A stretch of DNA of 64,000 nucleotides from positions 18,727 to 82,726 of the forward strand of contig JAZQKI010000023.1 of assembly GCA_045542075.1 (NCBI GenBank), in the 5' to 3' direction. The position numbers and the translations under genes are program-made. This stretch comes from Eubacteriales bacterium (GTDB lineage: Bacteria > Bacillota > Clostridia > Oscillospirales > CAG-272). Under the pieces are notes generated by a model, which worked only from the letters and a program-made list of their open reading frames with translations, ran no database searches and was not told the origin of the DNA. Below, piece after piece: positions 56,101-64,000 of this stretch (within the stretch, counting starts at the first letter, position 1; each line of letters begins with the position of its first letter).

Positions 56101-56753
56101 ACAAGAAGTCCATGTGGATCTTCGGTGGAGACGGTTGGGCATACGATATCGGCTTCGGCGGTCTTGACCACGTGCTTGCAAGCGGCGAGAACGTAAACAT
56201 CTTCGTATTTGATACAGAGGTTTACTCCAACACCGGTGGACAGGCATCCAAGGCTTCCAATATCGGTCAGGTTGCTCAGTTCGCAGCTGCAGGTAAGGCT
56301 ATCGGCAAGAAGAATCTCGCTGAGATCGCTATGTCCTACGGTTACGTTTACGTTGCTCAGGTATCTATGGGCTATGACAAGAACCAGCTCCTCAAGGCTC
56401 TTACAGAGGCTGAGGCATACAACGGTCCTTCGCTTATTATCGGTTACGCTCCCTGTGAGATGCACGGTATCGCTAAGGGCGGTATGCAGAACTGCCAGAT
56501 CGAGATGAAGAAGGCAGTTGAGGCAGGTTACTGGCAGACATTCAGATACAATCCTACCCTTGAATCCAACAAGCTTACAATAGACTCCAAGGAGCCTACG
56601 GCAAGCTACGTTGACTTCATCAAGAACGAGACTCGTTACGCTCGTCTTGCACAGTCTAACCCCGAAAGAGCAGCTGCTCTCTTCGCTAAGGCTGAGGCTA
56701 ACGCAAAGGCTAAGTACGAGAGACTCCAGAAGATGGGTAAGTTGTATGAATAA
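53148..56753 (+). CDS. nifJ: Pyruvate:ferredoxin (flavodoxin) oxidoreductase
   Basis: YPITPSS, GLGGDGTVGANK, CIQCN.C..VCP, CMGC.LC..ACP, FSGSCAGC.ET, GGDGWAYDIG. Confidence 0.98.
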   Translation: MAIQRKKLSMDGNQAAAHASYAFTEVAGIYPITPSSPMADFTDQWAAAGQKNVFGTTVNVVEMESEAGAAGTVHGSLASGALTTTYTASQGLLLMIPNMYKIAGELLPGVFHVSARAVASHALNIFGDHSDIYACRQTGFAMLAETNPQEVMDLAAVAHLSAIKGRVPFLNFFDGFRTSHEIQKIEVWDYADLEEMLDKDAVAAFRAHALNPNKPALRGTAQNGDIFFQNREACNKYYNALPAVVEEYMNKVNEKIGTNYQLFNYYGAPDAERVIVAMGSICDVIEEVIDYMNAAGEKVGLVKVRLYRPFCAEKLAEAIPASCKKLAVLDRTKEPGSLGEPLYLDVVTALSRVGRTDIKVVGGRYGLGSKDTPPSSVFAIYDNLAKDAPKGNFTVGIVDDVTGLSLEEKPAPDTAPAGTIACKFWGLGGDGTVGANKNSIKIIGDHTDKFIQAYFQYDSKKTGGITISHLRFGDKPIKSPYYINKADFVACHNQAYLKKYDMVSDVKPGGTFLLDCQWTTLEELDKNLPAAVKKYLAENNVNFYTIDATSLAIKQIGNAKVKNTILQSAFFALAKILPAEEAIEYMKKMAYKSYIKKGQAMVDLNYAAIDAGADAFVKVDVPAEWANCVDNTEAVLVTGERADLVDFVNDVVNPTNAMKGDSLPVSAFEKYVDGQFPQGSAAYEKRGVAVMVPEWIPENCIQCNSCSFVCPHATIRPYAMNEEEVANAPEATKFAAKPIIKTNYKFTMAVSPLDCMGCTLCVKACPVNQGVDKKAAEAGVKADPSKYALKMMPQATQSEQQAAFDYAVASVSEKPEIINNTVKGSQFKQPLLEFSGSCAGCAETSYARLVTQLFGERMYISNATGCSSIWGGSAPSTPYTVNKESGKGPAWANSLFEDNAEHGLGMYLGQKAIRNRLIGYVKSLDYSDCPECKALLDNYLDTLEDGAANEKATKAMVEMLEKVVVEYPDDCEIEKKILAEKNYLNKKSMWIFGGDGWAYDIGFGGLDHVLASGENVNIFVFDTEVYSNTGGQASKASNIGQVAQFAAAGKAIGKKNLAEIAMSYGYVYVAQVSMGYDKNQLLKALTEAEAYNGPSLIIGYAPCEMHGIAKGGMQNCQIEMKKAVEAGYWQTFRYNPTLESNKLTIDSKEPTASYVDFIKNETRYARLAQSNPERAAALFAKAEANAKAKYERLQKMGKLYE

Positions 56754-56789
56754 TACTGACGTTGGAATTTAATTCTGATGTTAAAAAAT

Positions 56790-56823
56790 TACGGGAAAGC
56801 CAATCGGCTTTCCCGTCTTTTTT
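56790..56823 (+). terminator. nifJ terminator
   Basis: ACGGGAAAGCC-AATC-GGCTTTCCCGT followed by a T run. Confidence 0.85.
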
Positions 56824-56832
56824 GATTAGTAA

Positions 56833-57182
56833 TTGTTTTTCTTTGTCACTTTTTGCCAACAGCGGCAAAAAGTGACCAAAAAACGCCGCTTAAAGCGGAA
56901 GGGTGTTCTAATTTTTCTTCCGAAAAATTTGCTCTGCGAGCATCGAACGACCCCCTTCCCCTTTAAGAATACCCCAACCCCTCCGCGCCACGCCTACGGC
57001 GCAGGCGCGCTACAAGATAATAGTTTCTACATACTCCACTTGTTAGACGAGTTTGCTTGCAAAATCGCAAGCGTTTGCGTGAGAGGGTTTCAAAAGGGAG
57101 AGAGGAATCGCAACCTCTCTCCCTTTTGTGGCTCTTTTTGGATACTTTTTGCAGCTATTGGCAAAAAGTATCAAGAAACAAA
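56833..57182. mobile_element. Non-autonomous MITE/REPIN-like element with ~50-bp imperfect terminal inverted repeats
   Basis: The left end CTTTGTCACTTTTTGCCAACAGCGGCAAAAAGTGACCAAAAAACGCC matches the reverse complement of the right end CTTGATACTTTTTGCCAATAGCTGCAAAAAGTATCCAAAAAGAGCC. No credible ORF inside. Confidence 0.65.
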
Positions 57183-58883
57183 AATCATACCGCCAATATT
57201 GACGTTAACCTCACAAATCTTACAATCAACCTCGCCGCGCGAAATCTCTTCTCCCTTACAATCAACCACACGGTAGCTCTTACCACACATACCCTTAAGG
57301 TAAATGCTCTCGCCGGAGCTCATATTTACTACTGAAAGCTCATTATAATCTCCGCAAACAACTGTGTTCTCATACGCCACTACAACCGCCTTGCCGCCAA
57401 GCTCGGTGCATACCTGACTGTAAAAGCTCTCGGGATTCTGCGCAGTCAGCTTTCCGTCAAGGAGAATCTCTCTGTGCTCTTTCCAGAAGGAAAGATAATG
57501 CTTAAGTACATTGTAATGCTCGGCTGAAAGCTCGTGAATACGCATAGATATCTGCGGTACGCCGAAAAGCGTTGCCGCAAGCTGAGCCGCTACGTTCTCA
57601 TTCGTATCAGTAGGATGCCACATAAGCATGTCCGAATGCACGGCAGTCTTTCCAGACGTAAGTCTGAGATCAACAACTCCTCTGCGATTAAGCATACCGT
57701 CGTTGGGACAGTCGCCAACACGGAGCATATTTCCGTACTTGCGTATAGAAGGACCAACATAGGACTGTCTGAACTCTATCATAATTTCGGGATTTATCTC
57801 GCACAGTGCCTTATGTATCTGCACCATAAGATCGTCAACCGCCTCGTCAAGCGACTCAAAGTCACGTCTCGGGTCGGGAGCGAGGGATTTTTCGGAGAGG
57901 TTGAAGCTGTCTATGAAGTCAAGCTTCAAGCCGTCAAGCTCCCAATCCTTTACCGCGTTTACGTAGAGATTTATAAGACGCTCTCTTATAAACTTATATC
58001 TTGGGTCAAGACAGTAACCGCCGTGTATATCCTGATCGCTGAGCAAGAATTCCTTGACCTCGTCATATATCTTTGCGTGCTTACCGACAAACGGTACGGA
58101 ATACCAAAGGATTACCTTCATTCCCGTCTCGTGAATTCTGTCAACAAGTCCCTTCATATCGGGTATACGCTCAGGCTCCCAGTCCCCGCAATACGCATAT
58201 CCGCGTCCGCTGTCGGTAGTCTGCCAGCCGTCGTCAATTATGACGGTGTCCATTCCAAGCGGCTTTGACAGTCTGCACTGCTCTACTATCTCGTCGGGCA
58301 CGAGCACCTGATGATAGCTGTACCAGAGCGAGTTCATAGGAAGTCTCGCATAATCCGGCACGGGCGCGGGTGGGTATCCGCACTCTTTTTCCCACCACTC
58401 AACTACGTCGTAAACCGCGTCGTAATAAGGAATGTCTCTGGTGTCTATACGCATAGTCACGTTATACTCCTCTATCGCGGTCGCAGGCATCGTAAAGAAA
58501 TTAACTCTCCACTTTATCTCTGCGTCGACCTCGTCAACTCCGGAGGTTATTACGGTAGCCGTTGCTGCATCGGACAGCGCAAGAGTTATTCTGTTTTTGC
58601 CCGAAAGAGATATTCCGCAATGTATCGGCATTCCCGACGCAAGTCTCGAATATGTGCACCTTGGCGCGTAATCTCTGCCAACCGTTCTGTTTTCGTTCAT
58701 CGACGGGCTCCACATAGAGTAAATGTCGCGCTCGGGTGTTGAAAATTCTATTGCGAAATGCTGCGGATTCTCCTTCTGAGCGAGCTTGTAGCATACGTTG
58801 ACATTGAGTATTCCGTCGCACACCTGATTTTGTGTAATTGTGATTTTTGAATTGGCATTACCGCCAACGGCTCTGAATTCCAT
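57171..58883 (-). CDS. Glycoside hydrolase family 36 (alpha-galactosidase-like)
   Basis: GGAGG RBS before ATG 58883. NSLWYSYHQ, IIDDGWQ, GDW, DGLKLDF, RVGDCP. Confidence 0.88.
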   Translation of the reverse strand: MEFRAVGGNANSKITITQNQVCDGILNVNVCYKLAQKENPQHFAIEFSTPERDIYSMWSPSMNENRTVGRDYAPRCTYSRLASGMPIHCGISLSGKNRITLALSDAATATVITSGVDEVDAEIKWRVNFFTMPATAIEEYNVTMRIDTRDIPYYDAVYDVVEWWEKECGYPPAPVPDYARLPMNSLWYSYHQVLVPDEIVEQCRLSKPLGMDTVIIDDGWQTTDSGRGYAYCGDWEPERIPDMKGLVDRIHETGMKVILWYSVPFVGKHAKIYDEVKEFLLSDQDIHGGYCLDPRYKFIRERLINLYVNAVKDWELDGLKLDFIDSFNLSEKSLAPDPRRDFESLDEAVDDLMVQIHKALCEINPEIMIEFRQSYVGPSIRKYGNMLRVGDCPNDGMLNRRGVVDLRLTSGKTAVHSDMLMWHPTDTNENVAAQLAATLFGVPQISMRIHELSAEHYNVLKHYLSFWKEHREILLDGKLTAQNPESFYSQVCTELGGKAVVVAYENTVVCGDYNELSVVNMSSGESIYLKGMCGKSYRVVDCKGEEISRGEVDCKICEVNVNIGGMIFVS

Positions 58884-59007
58884 AATTGACCTCCGTTTTC
58901 TATAGCCTTTTCCTATTGAAAAGTCATTGAAATCTATTTGTAAATAAACGTCTACTGTTTGCGTGTCATCAAGATAATTTGCAAGCAACTTGCGCCGACC
59001 ACTCCGA

Positions 59008-59087
59008 TGTCATCCCTCCGCTCTTTTGCAAGCAAAAATTTGGAGATTTTTCGACTTCACGGCTGAGCCGTTCCGCTCAAGATGACA
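59008..59087. repeat. Degenerate GTCATC...GATGAC palindromic repeat (REP-like family C)
   Basis: TGTCATCC ... GAGATTTTTCGACTTCACGGCTGAGCCGTTCCGCTCAAGATGACA. Confidence 0.5.
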
Positions 59088-59101
59088 ATTTTGCATTTAT
59101 C

Positions 59102-60511
59102 CTACCCTTCGTCCTTTGGCAATTTCTTAAGAAATACCAACAGGCAGGGCAAACACACTACAGCCGAGGCTACGTATGCCAAGGGCTGCGATATCTGTAC
59201 TCCGAGCAGACCAAGCCATCCGGGCAACAAAAGTATCAGGGGAATAAACACAAGTCCGTTCTGCAGAACTGACAAAATAAGCGCGATCTTGTTCTTTCCT
59301 ATACTCTGGAAAAGCATATTTGCCACCACCGACATGGGCACAAACAGAAGCGACGCGCAATAGATCCTGAGTGCCTTGCCACCTATCTCGATAACGTCAC
59401 GTTCGTTTCCAAAAAGCGATATTATCTGCGGAGCAAATATAAAGCACGCAGTCGCTATAGCTCCTATAAATGCCGCTCCGAAGCCAAGCGTAAAGAGCGC
59501 CGCGCTCTTGACTCTGCTGTACTTTTTCGCTCCGTAATTGTACGCAGACACAGGCTGGAAGCCCTGTCCTATTCCAAGTCCGACACAGAACACAAACTGC
59601 GACGTTCTCGCAACGTATCCCATTGCCGCTATTGCCGCGTCGGCAAATTCCTTGCTTGTCGCCATGCTTGCCGCGACCGCCTTGACCTGATTGTTGAGCA
59701 GCATAGTTGAGACGCTGTTAAGTCCCTGACGCGCAAGGCTGGGAAGTCCCGTGGCTACTATATTTCCAATGATCCTTCCGCTGAAGCGGAATTTTGTTAT
59801 ACTCAGCTTACTTTGAGTCTTTCCCGCAAGGAATACCGACAAAAGTATTCCAAACGATATGTACTGTGAGATAGCGGTCGCGAGTCCCGCGCCGCCTATT
59901 CCCATATTGCATCCGAAAATAAATACGGGGTCAAGCGCTATATTGAGAATACCGCCGCTTGTAAGTCCGATCATTGCGAGCGCCGCCTTGCCCTCATAAC
60001 GCAAAACGTTGTTGAGCACGCACGAGCCCGTCATCGCGGGCGCGGCTATGAGAATATATTTTGCATAATCGCGAGCGTACGGCAGAATAGTCTCCGTGCT
60101 TCCGCAGAGCCTCAGAAACGGGTCCATAAATATAAATCCCAAAAGAGATATTAAAAGTCCCGTAAATATTGAAATGAAAAATCCCGTTGAGGCATATTCG
60201 GTCGCCTCGTCATTTTTCTTTGCGCCGAGAAGTCTGCTTATATTGCTTCCCGAGCCGTGACCGTACATAAATCCAAACGCCTGAATTACCGACATAAGCA
60301 CGAAAACTATGCTTATCGCACCGCCTGCAGATATTCCCGAGCCGTCACTCTTGATATTGCTGACGAAATACGAGTCCGCCATATTATATATGTTGGTGAT
60401 AAGCATGCTTATGGTGGTGGGAATACCAAGTGAGATAACCAGCTTGGGTATTGGCGTCTGTGTCATTTTGATGTAATGCTTGTCACTTGTATTGAGTACC
60501 TTTTCAGACAT
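59102..60511 (-). CDS. MATE-family efflux transporter
   Basis: PTTISMLITNIYNMADSYFV, NIALDPVFIF, GAGLATAISQ, GQGFQPV..YNYGAK. Confidence 0.95.
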   Translation of the reverse strand: MSEKVLNTSDKHYIKMTQTPIPKLVISLGIPTTISMLITNIYNMADSYFVSNIKSDGSGISAGGAISIVFVLMSVIQAFGFMYGHGSGSNISRLLGAKKNDEATEYASTGFFISIFTGLLISLLGFIFMDPFLRLCGSTETILPYARDYAKYILIAAPAMTGSCVLNNVLRYEGKAALAMIGLTSGGILNIALDPVFIFGCNMGIGGAGLATAISQYISFGILLSVFLAGKTQSKLSITKFRFSGRIIGNIVATGLPSLARQGLNSVSTMLLNNQVKAVAASMATSKEFADAAIAAMGYVARTSQFVFCVGLGIGQGFQPVSAYNYGAKKYSRVKSAALFTLGFGAAFIGAIATACFIFAPQIISLFGNERDVIEIGGKALRIYCASLLFVPMSVVANMLFQSIGKNKIALILSVLQNGLVFIPLILLLPGWLGLLGVQISQPLAYVASAVVCLPCLLVFLKKLPKDEG

Positions 60512-60512
60512 T

Positions 60513-61358
60513 TTACGCTAACACCTCGATATAATTTGAGAATGCTCGCTTTCCGTTTGCGTCAGTTATCTCCACGCGTACAAACCTTTCGCCATCAAGA
60601 GGCACGTACTCGGCAAAAATGAGATCCTTTCCAACTATTCTACGGTTGTTTTCCTCGGTCGAATCCGTGAAAAATTCAATTCTCAGCGCAGGTGTACAAT
60701 GCACCTGTATTCTTCCCGACGGAAGCTGGGAGATATGCACCTCCGCATCCGACTCGCTTGAGAAAAACCTGCCCGCCTTCAGCGCGCGTATAACACTCTG
60801 CATATCCGCTTCCCTCGCCTCAACGCAAACTCCGCCCAGAAGTCCGTCGCCCGAGGCTATAATTCCCACAGGTCTTCCCGCAGCCGCGAGAATGTCGCAC
60901 AGCATAGCAGCCTCACCGTTCTCGTCTCTTTCGGGATTTGCAACCTCAATAGCGTCAAGTCCCTCAAGTCTGAGCAGCTCGTCGGGTATGTTTTTGTGAG
61001 ATATACAGCCGCAAAGAATAGCATATCCGTTTCTCTGATGTATCATTTTTATTGCCTCCGCCGCCTTGGATGACGAGGTCTTTATCATATTCTCCCAATC
61101 CGACGGCACCTCGGGGTCGGAGGTCATTCCTATTCCAACAATGCTGAACTCTCCGTCTGTGGACTGTGGGTTGCCTATCTTATACTCGCACGCCGTAATA
61201 AGCCCTTCTCCCTCAGGGGAAAGCACTCCCGCCTTCACGGGAGCTACCGCGTCATACCCCGCGCAGGAATATACTCTGGCAAATGGCAAAAATCCGCCGT
61301 CCTCATATCCGCGCAGACAAATTTTTATTCTCGTCACGTCCTTTATATCTACAAACAT
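60513..61358 (-). CDS. Degenerate PHP-family (CehA/McbA-like) metallohydrolase homologue
   Basis: Y..AGYD.VA, GLDAIEVAN, V.A.....SVI.ALKAG.FFSS and FVRVEITD..GKRAFSN. The metal-binding His residues are missing. Confidence 0.6.
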   Translation of the reverse strand: MFVDIKDVTRIKICLRGYEDGGFLPFARVYSCAGYDAVAPVKAGVLSPEGEGLITACEYKIGNPQSTDGEFSIVGIGMTSDPEVPSDWENMIKTSSSKAAEAIKMIHQRNGYAILCGCISHKNIPDELLRLEGLDAIEVANPERDENGEAAMLCDILAAAGRPVGIIASGDGLLGGVCVEAREADMQSVIRALKAGRFFSSESDAEVHISQLPSGRIQVHCTPALRIEFFTDSTEENNRRIVGKDLIFAEYVPLDGERFVRVEITDANGKRAFSNYIEVLA

Positions 61359-61373
61359 CCCTATACCTGCCTT

Positions 61374-61426
61374 TTAAGATGTAATATTACATCTTAATTA
61401 TACATTAGACAAGTCTGCAATGTCAA
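61374..61426 (-). promoter_or_regulatory. Promoter of the PHP-like/MATE unit with a perfect 24-bp palindrome
   Basis: Minus strand TTGACA-18-TATAAT (61397-61426) and TTAAGATGTAAT|ATTACATCTTAA at 61374-61397. Confidence 0.7.
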
Positions 61427-61511
61427 GAGTTTTTTGAGTGTGTCTTGACTTTATGCGGGTTTATGGTATAATAAGACTTGTAACAGAAAATTTCCTGAAA
61501 GGAGGGTGCGT

Positions 61512-62666
61512 ATGACAGAAATAACATATCCCGAAAAGGTCAGAAAAATATTTGAGATATTCAACAAGCACGGATACGATGCTTATGCCGTCGGCGGCTG
61601 TGTCAGAGACTCTCTTATGGGAAGGACCCCTGCCGATTGGGATATAACCACGTCTGCATCACCCGAAAAAATCATTGAGATATTTGAGCGCGAGGGCATC
61701 CGTACGCTCCCCACGGGACTCAAGCACGGCACGGTTTCAGTCCTGCTTGACGGAGAGATATTTGAATGCACGACCTTCCGCATCGACGGAGATTATAAGG
61801 ACTCGCGCCACCCCGAAAGCGTCAGCTTTACGGATAAATTGGAGCTTGATCTTGCCCGCCGCGACTTTACAGTCAATGCTATGGCGGCATCGTCCGAGCG
61901 TGGTGTCTGTGACTTTTTCGGCGGCAGAGATGATCTTGAAAAAGGTTTTATCCGCTGTGTCGGAAACCCTCATCTTCGCTTTTTTGAGGATGCGCTCCGC
62001 ATTCTTCGCGGAGTCCGTTTTGCGACCGTACTCAACTTTGATATAGAAGCCGAAACCCTTTGTGCTATAAAGGATCTGGCGCATACACTGTCGGATATCT
62101 CCGCCGAGAGAAAGACCGTGGAATTTTCAAAAATCCTCTGCTCGGAGTTTGCTGACAGAGGCGCGAAATTGCTGTTTGAGACGGGCATCATATATGAGCT
62201 TTTACCCGACGCGCAGACTCTTCCAACTAATATGACCTTGCTTAATTCTGAGTTTTCCCTCCGTCTTGCTACGTTTATGCACCAATCGGGAGCGAGAGAT
62301 CTTTCAAGGCTCAGACTCTCCAACGCCCAGAAAAAATCCATATCAATTTTGCTCACTCCCATTGAGTTTACAGACACCGACGAGGGCGCGCGCCGCACTC
62401 TCGCAGAATACGGCGAGCTTGCGATCCCCGCTTGCAAGCTTTGGGGCAGAGATACTCTTTTGGAACTTGTCGCAAAGCAAAAAAAGCTTGATCCCGCAGT
62501 GAGCATAAGTCAGCTTGAAATTGACGGAAATATTCTCCTCTCGATAGGTATTCGACCCGAAAATATAGGAAAAACACTCTCCGCTCTGCTTGATGCTGTC
62601 ATTTGTCACCCCGAGTTGAATAATAAAAATTCCCTTATTGAAGAGGCTAAAAGAATAAACGCATAA
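61512..62666 (+). CDS. cca: CCA tRNA nucleotidyltransferase (class II)
   Basis: VGGCVRD.L, DWDITT, G.KHGT, DLARRDFTVNAMA, EDALRILR..RF, SAER. Confidence 0.93.
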   Translation: MTEITYPEKVRKIFEIFNKHGYDAYAVGGCVRDSLMGRTPADWDITTSASPEKIIEIFEREGIRTLPTGLKHGTVSVLLDGEIFECTTFRIDGDYKDSRHPESVSFTDKLELDLARRDFTVNAMAASSERGVCDFFGGRDDLEKGFIRCVGNPHLRFFEDALRILRGVRFATVLNFDIEAETLCAIKDLAHTLSDISAERKTVEFSKILCSEFADRGAKLLFETGIIYELLPDAQTLPTNMTLLNSEFSLRLATFMHQSGARDLSRLRLSNAQKKSISILLTPIEFTDTDEGARRTLAEYGELAIPACKLWGRDTLLELVAKQKKLDPAVSISQLEIDGNILLSIGIRPENIGKTLSALLDAVICHPELNNKNSLIEEAKRINA

Positions 62667-62897
62667 ATACCCGAAAAAATTTCGGTATTTATGCGTTTGT
62701 TTTTGTAAAAATATTTTGAAAAATACTCAATAATGTTGACAAAGCAGTCCCAAAAGAGTTATAATAAAATGATATAATGCGAAAGTAGGATAATTTTTTG
62801 AAATTTGAGTATTTTTTGCATATTCTTCAGGTTTTGCGACGGGCAGATGGCGTCGCAAAGCGCTCACACAACTAAAAATCAAGAATGGAGAAAAGGC

Positions 62898-63941
62898 ATG
62901 AAGAAGATCTACATTATCTTGCAAAACGGTCAGGTTTTTGAGGGAAGATCATTCGGCGCAGAGGGCCGTGTGGTCGGTGAAATTATTTTCACAACTTCAA
63001 TGGTAGGATATCTCGAGGCTCTTACAGACCCCGTATATCACGGACAAATACTCGTCCAGACCTTCCCCCTCATCGGTAATTACGGAGTTATCGAACAAGA
63101 CCTCCAGACAGACAAAATTCACGCGTCGGCATACGTGGTAAGAGAATGGGCAAATAACCCCTCAAATTACCGTTGCGGCGGAGATATTGACTCATGGCTC
63201 AAGAAAAACGGTGTCGTAGGTATCTGCGACGTCGACACAAGAGCGCTGACTGAGGCAATTCGTGACTATGGCGTTATGAACGCGATCATCACGGACACCC
63301 TCCCCGACCCCATAGTTCCCGACGAGGTGATCACCTATGCGGTTAAAAACTACGTCTCGGCAGTCACCTGCACCGAGAAAAAGCTTTATCCGGCTGAAAA
63401 CGCAAGATATAACGTAGCTATTTATGATTTCGGCGTGACGGCAAGCGTTATAGACAGTCTCACAAGCCGTGGCTGCAACGTCACCGTCTTCCCTGCAAGC
63501 ACTCCCGCTTCAGATATACTTTGCGGCGGATTTGACGGAGTCGTGCTTTCAAACGGCCCCTGCGGAGATCCAAAGGACAACGTCGAAATAATCCTTGAAA
63601 TAAGAAAGCTGCTCGGTAGCCTTCCCATGTTCGGCATGGGACTTGGCCATCAGCTCGCTGCTCGCGCGGCAGGAGCAGGCACGACTAAATTGAAGTTTGG
63701 TCACCACGGTGCAAATCAACCCGTTAAAAACACCGAAACGGGTAAGGTCGAGATAACCAACCAGGCGCATCTCTACACCGTCAACCCCGCCCGTCTCCCC
63801 GCCTCCGCAACTCTCACGGAAATAAACGTCCTTGACGGCTCGGTCGAGGCGATAGAATACAGAGAACAAAAGGCATTTACGGTACAATATTATCCGAGCG
63901 ATATTCACTTTGATAAGTTTGTAAAGCTTATGGAAAAGTAA
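62898..63941 (+). CDS. carA: Carbamoyl-phosphate synthase small subunit, catalytic triad degenerate
   Basis: GE..F.TSMVGY.E.LTDP.Y.GQI, DTRALT, DFG, LSNGP, KFGHHGANQPVK. It has FGMGLGHQ and VQYYPS in place of FGICLGHQ and VQYHPE. Confidence 0.92.
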   Translation: MKKIYIILQNGQVFEGRSFGAEGRVVGEIIFTTSMVGYLEALTDPVYHGQILVQTFPLIGNYGVIEQDLQTDKIHASAYVVREWANNPSNYRCGGDIDSWLKKNGVVGICDVDTRALTEAIRDYGVMNAIITDTLPDPIVPDEVITYAVKNYVSAVTCTEKKLYPAENARYNVAIYDFGVTASVIDSLTSRGCNVTVFPASTPASDILCGGFDGVVLSNGPCGDPKDNVEIILEIRKLLGSLPMFGMGLGHQLAARAAGAGTTKLKFGHHGANQPVKNTETGKVEITNQAHLYTVNPARLPASATLTEINVLDGSVEAIEYREQKAFTVQYYPSDIHFDKFVKLMEK

Positions 63942-64000
63942 TTTCGCAAAACAAATTTTTTCAACTTTTAATTAAACCACATTAAAACAAAGCAATTACG

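Noticed and set aside
53019-56465. 1148-aa minus-strand ORF
   Set aside because: Codon-bias shadow of the highly expressed nifJ.
56833-57335. 147-aa and 92-aa ORFs within the MITE-like element
   Set aside because: No RBS and no transposase motifs; these are translations of palindromic DNA.
62800-62825. ARG box or PyrR attenuator upstream of carA
   Set aside because: TGAGTATTTTTTGCA is only a loose, mis-spaced match, and no PyrR-binding loop or terminator is visible.
1-64000. UGA-to-Trp reassignment (code 4)
   Set aside because: Conserved genes are full length under code 11, use TGG for Trp, and several end at TGA at the expected position.

Overview
Mostly core chromosome of an anaerobic, probably spore-forming Clostridia-type (Oscillospirales-like, by inference) gut or rumen bacterium using standard code 11. 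It carries proA (partial), efp, a reduced yicC-remA-rpoZ-priA-def-fmt-rsmB-rlmN-(PASTA)-rsgA-thiN-spoVM locus, cysS, serC-serA-nagB, ktrBA, fba, an orphan mazF, guaA, tRNA-Trp with a small AT-rich island, GH2 and GH36 glycosidases, nifJ, a MATE pump, cca and carA. No CRISPR array, integrase or transposase is visible. Main observations: (1) both glutamine amidotransferases lack glutaminase capacity. CarA has Gly/Tyr/Ser at the Cys-His-Glu triad positions, and GuaA is ATPPase-only with no GATase partner in the window. With nagB placed in a biosynthetic operon, this suggests biosynthesis fed directly by ammonia. (2) A 2752-aa lipoprotein is built from Cys/His modules, including seven ~150-aa repeats I do not recognise, and has an HF|S autoproteolysis-like motif. 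(3) A 1545-aa Ala-rich helical lipoprotein has an OB-fold tip. (4) A kinase-less PASTA protein stands where stp-pknB normally lies. (5) An unannotated 29-aa SpoVM is present. (6) tRNA-Trp(CCA) has an unpaired 27:43 position and is followed by a direct-inverted-direct triplication of its 3' arm. (7) Several modular REP/MITE-like repeat families are present, and ktrBA is flanked by a duplicated terminator. All family assignments come from motif recognition by eye; no searches were run.
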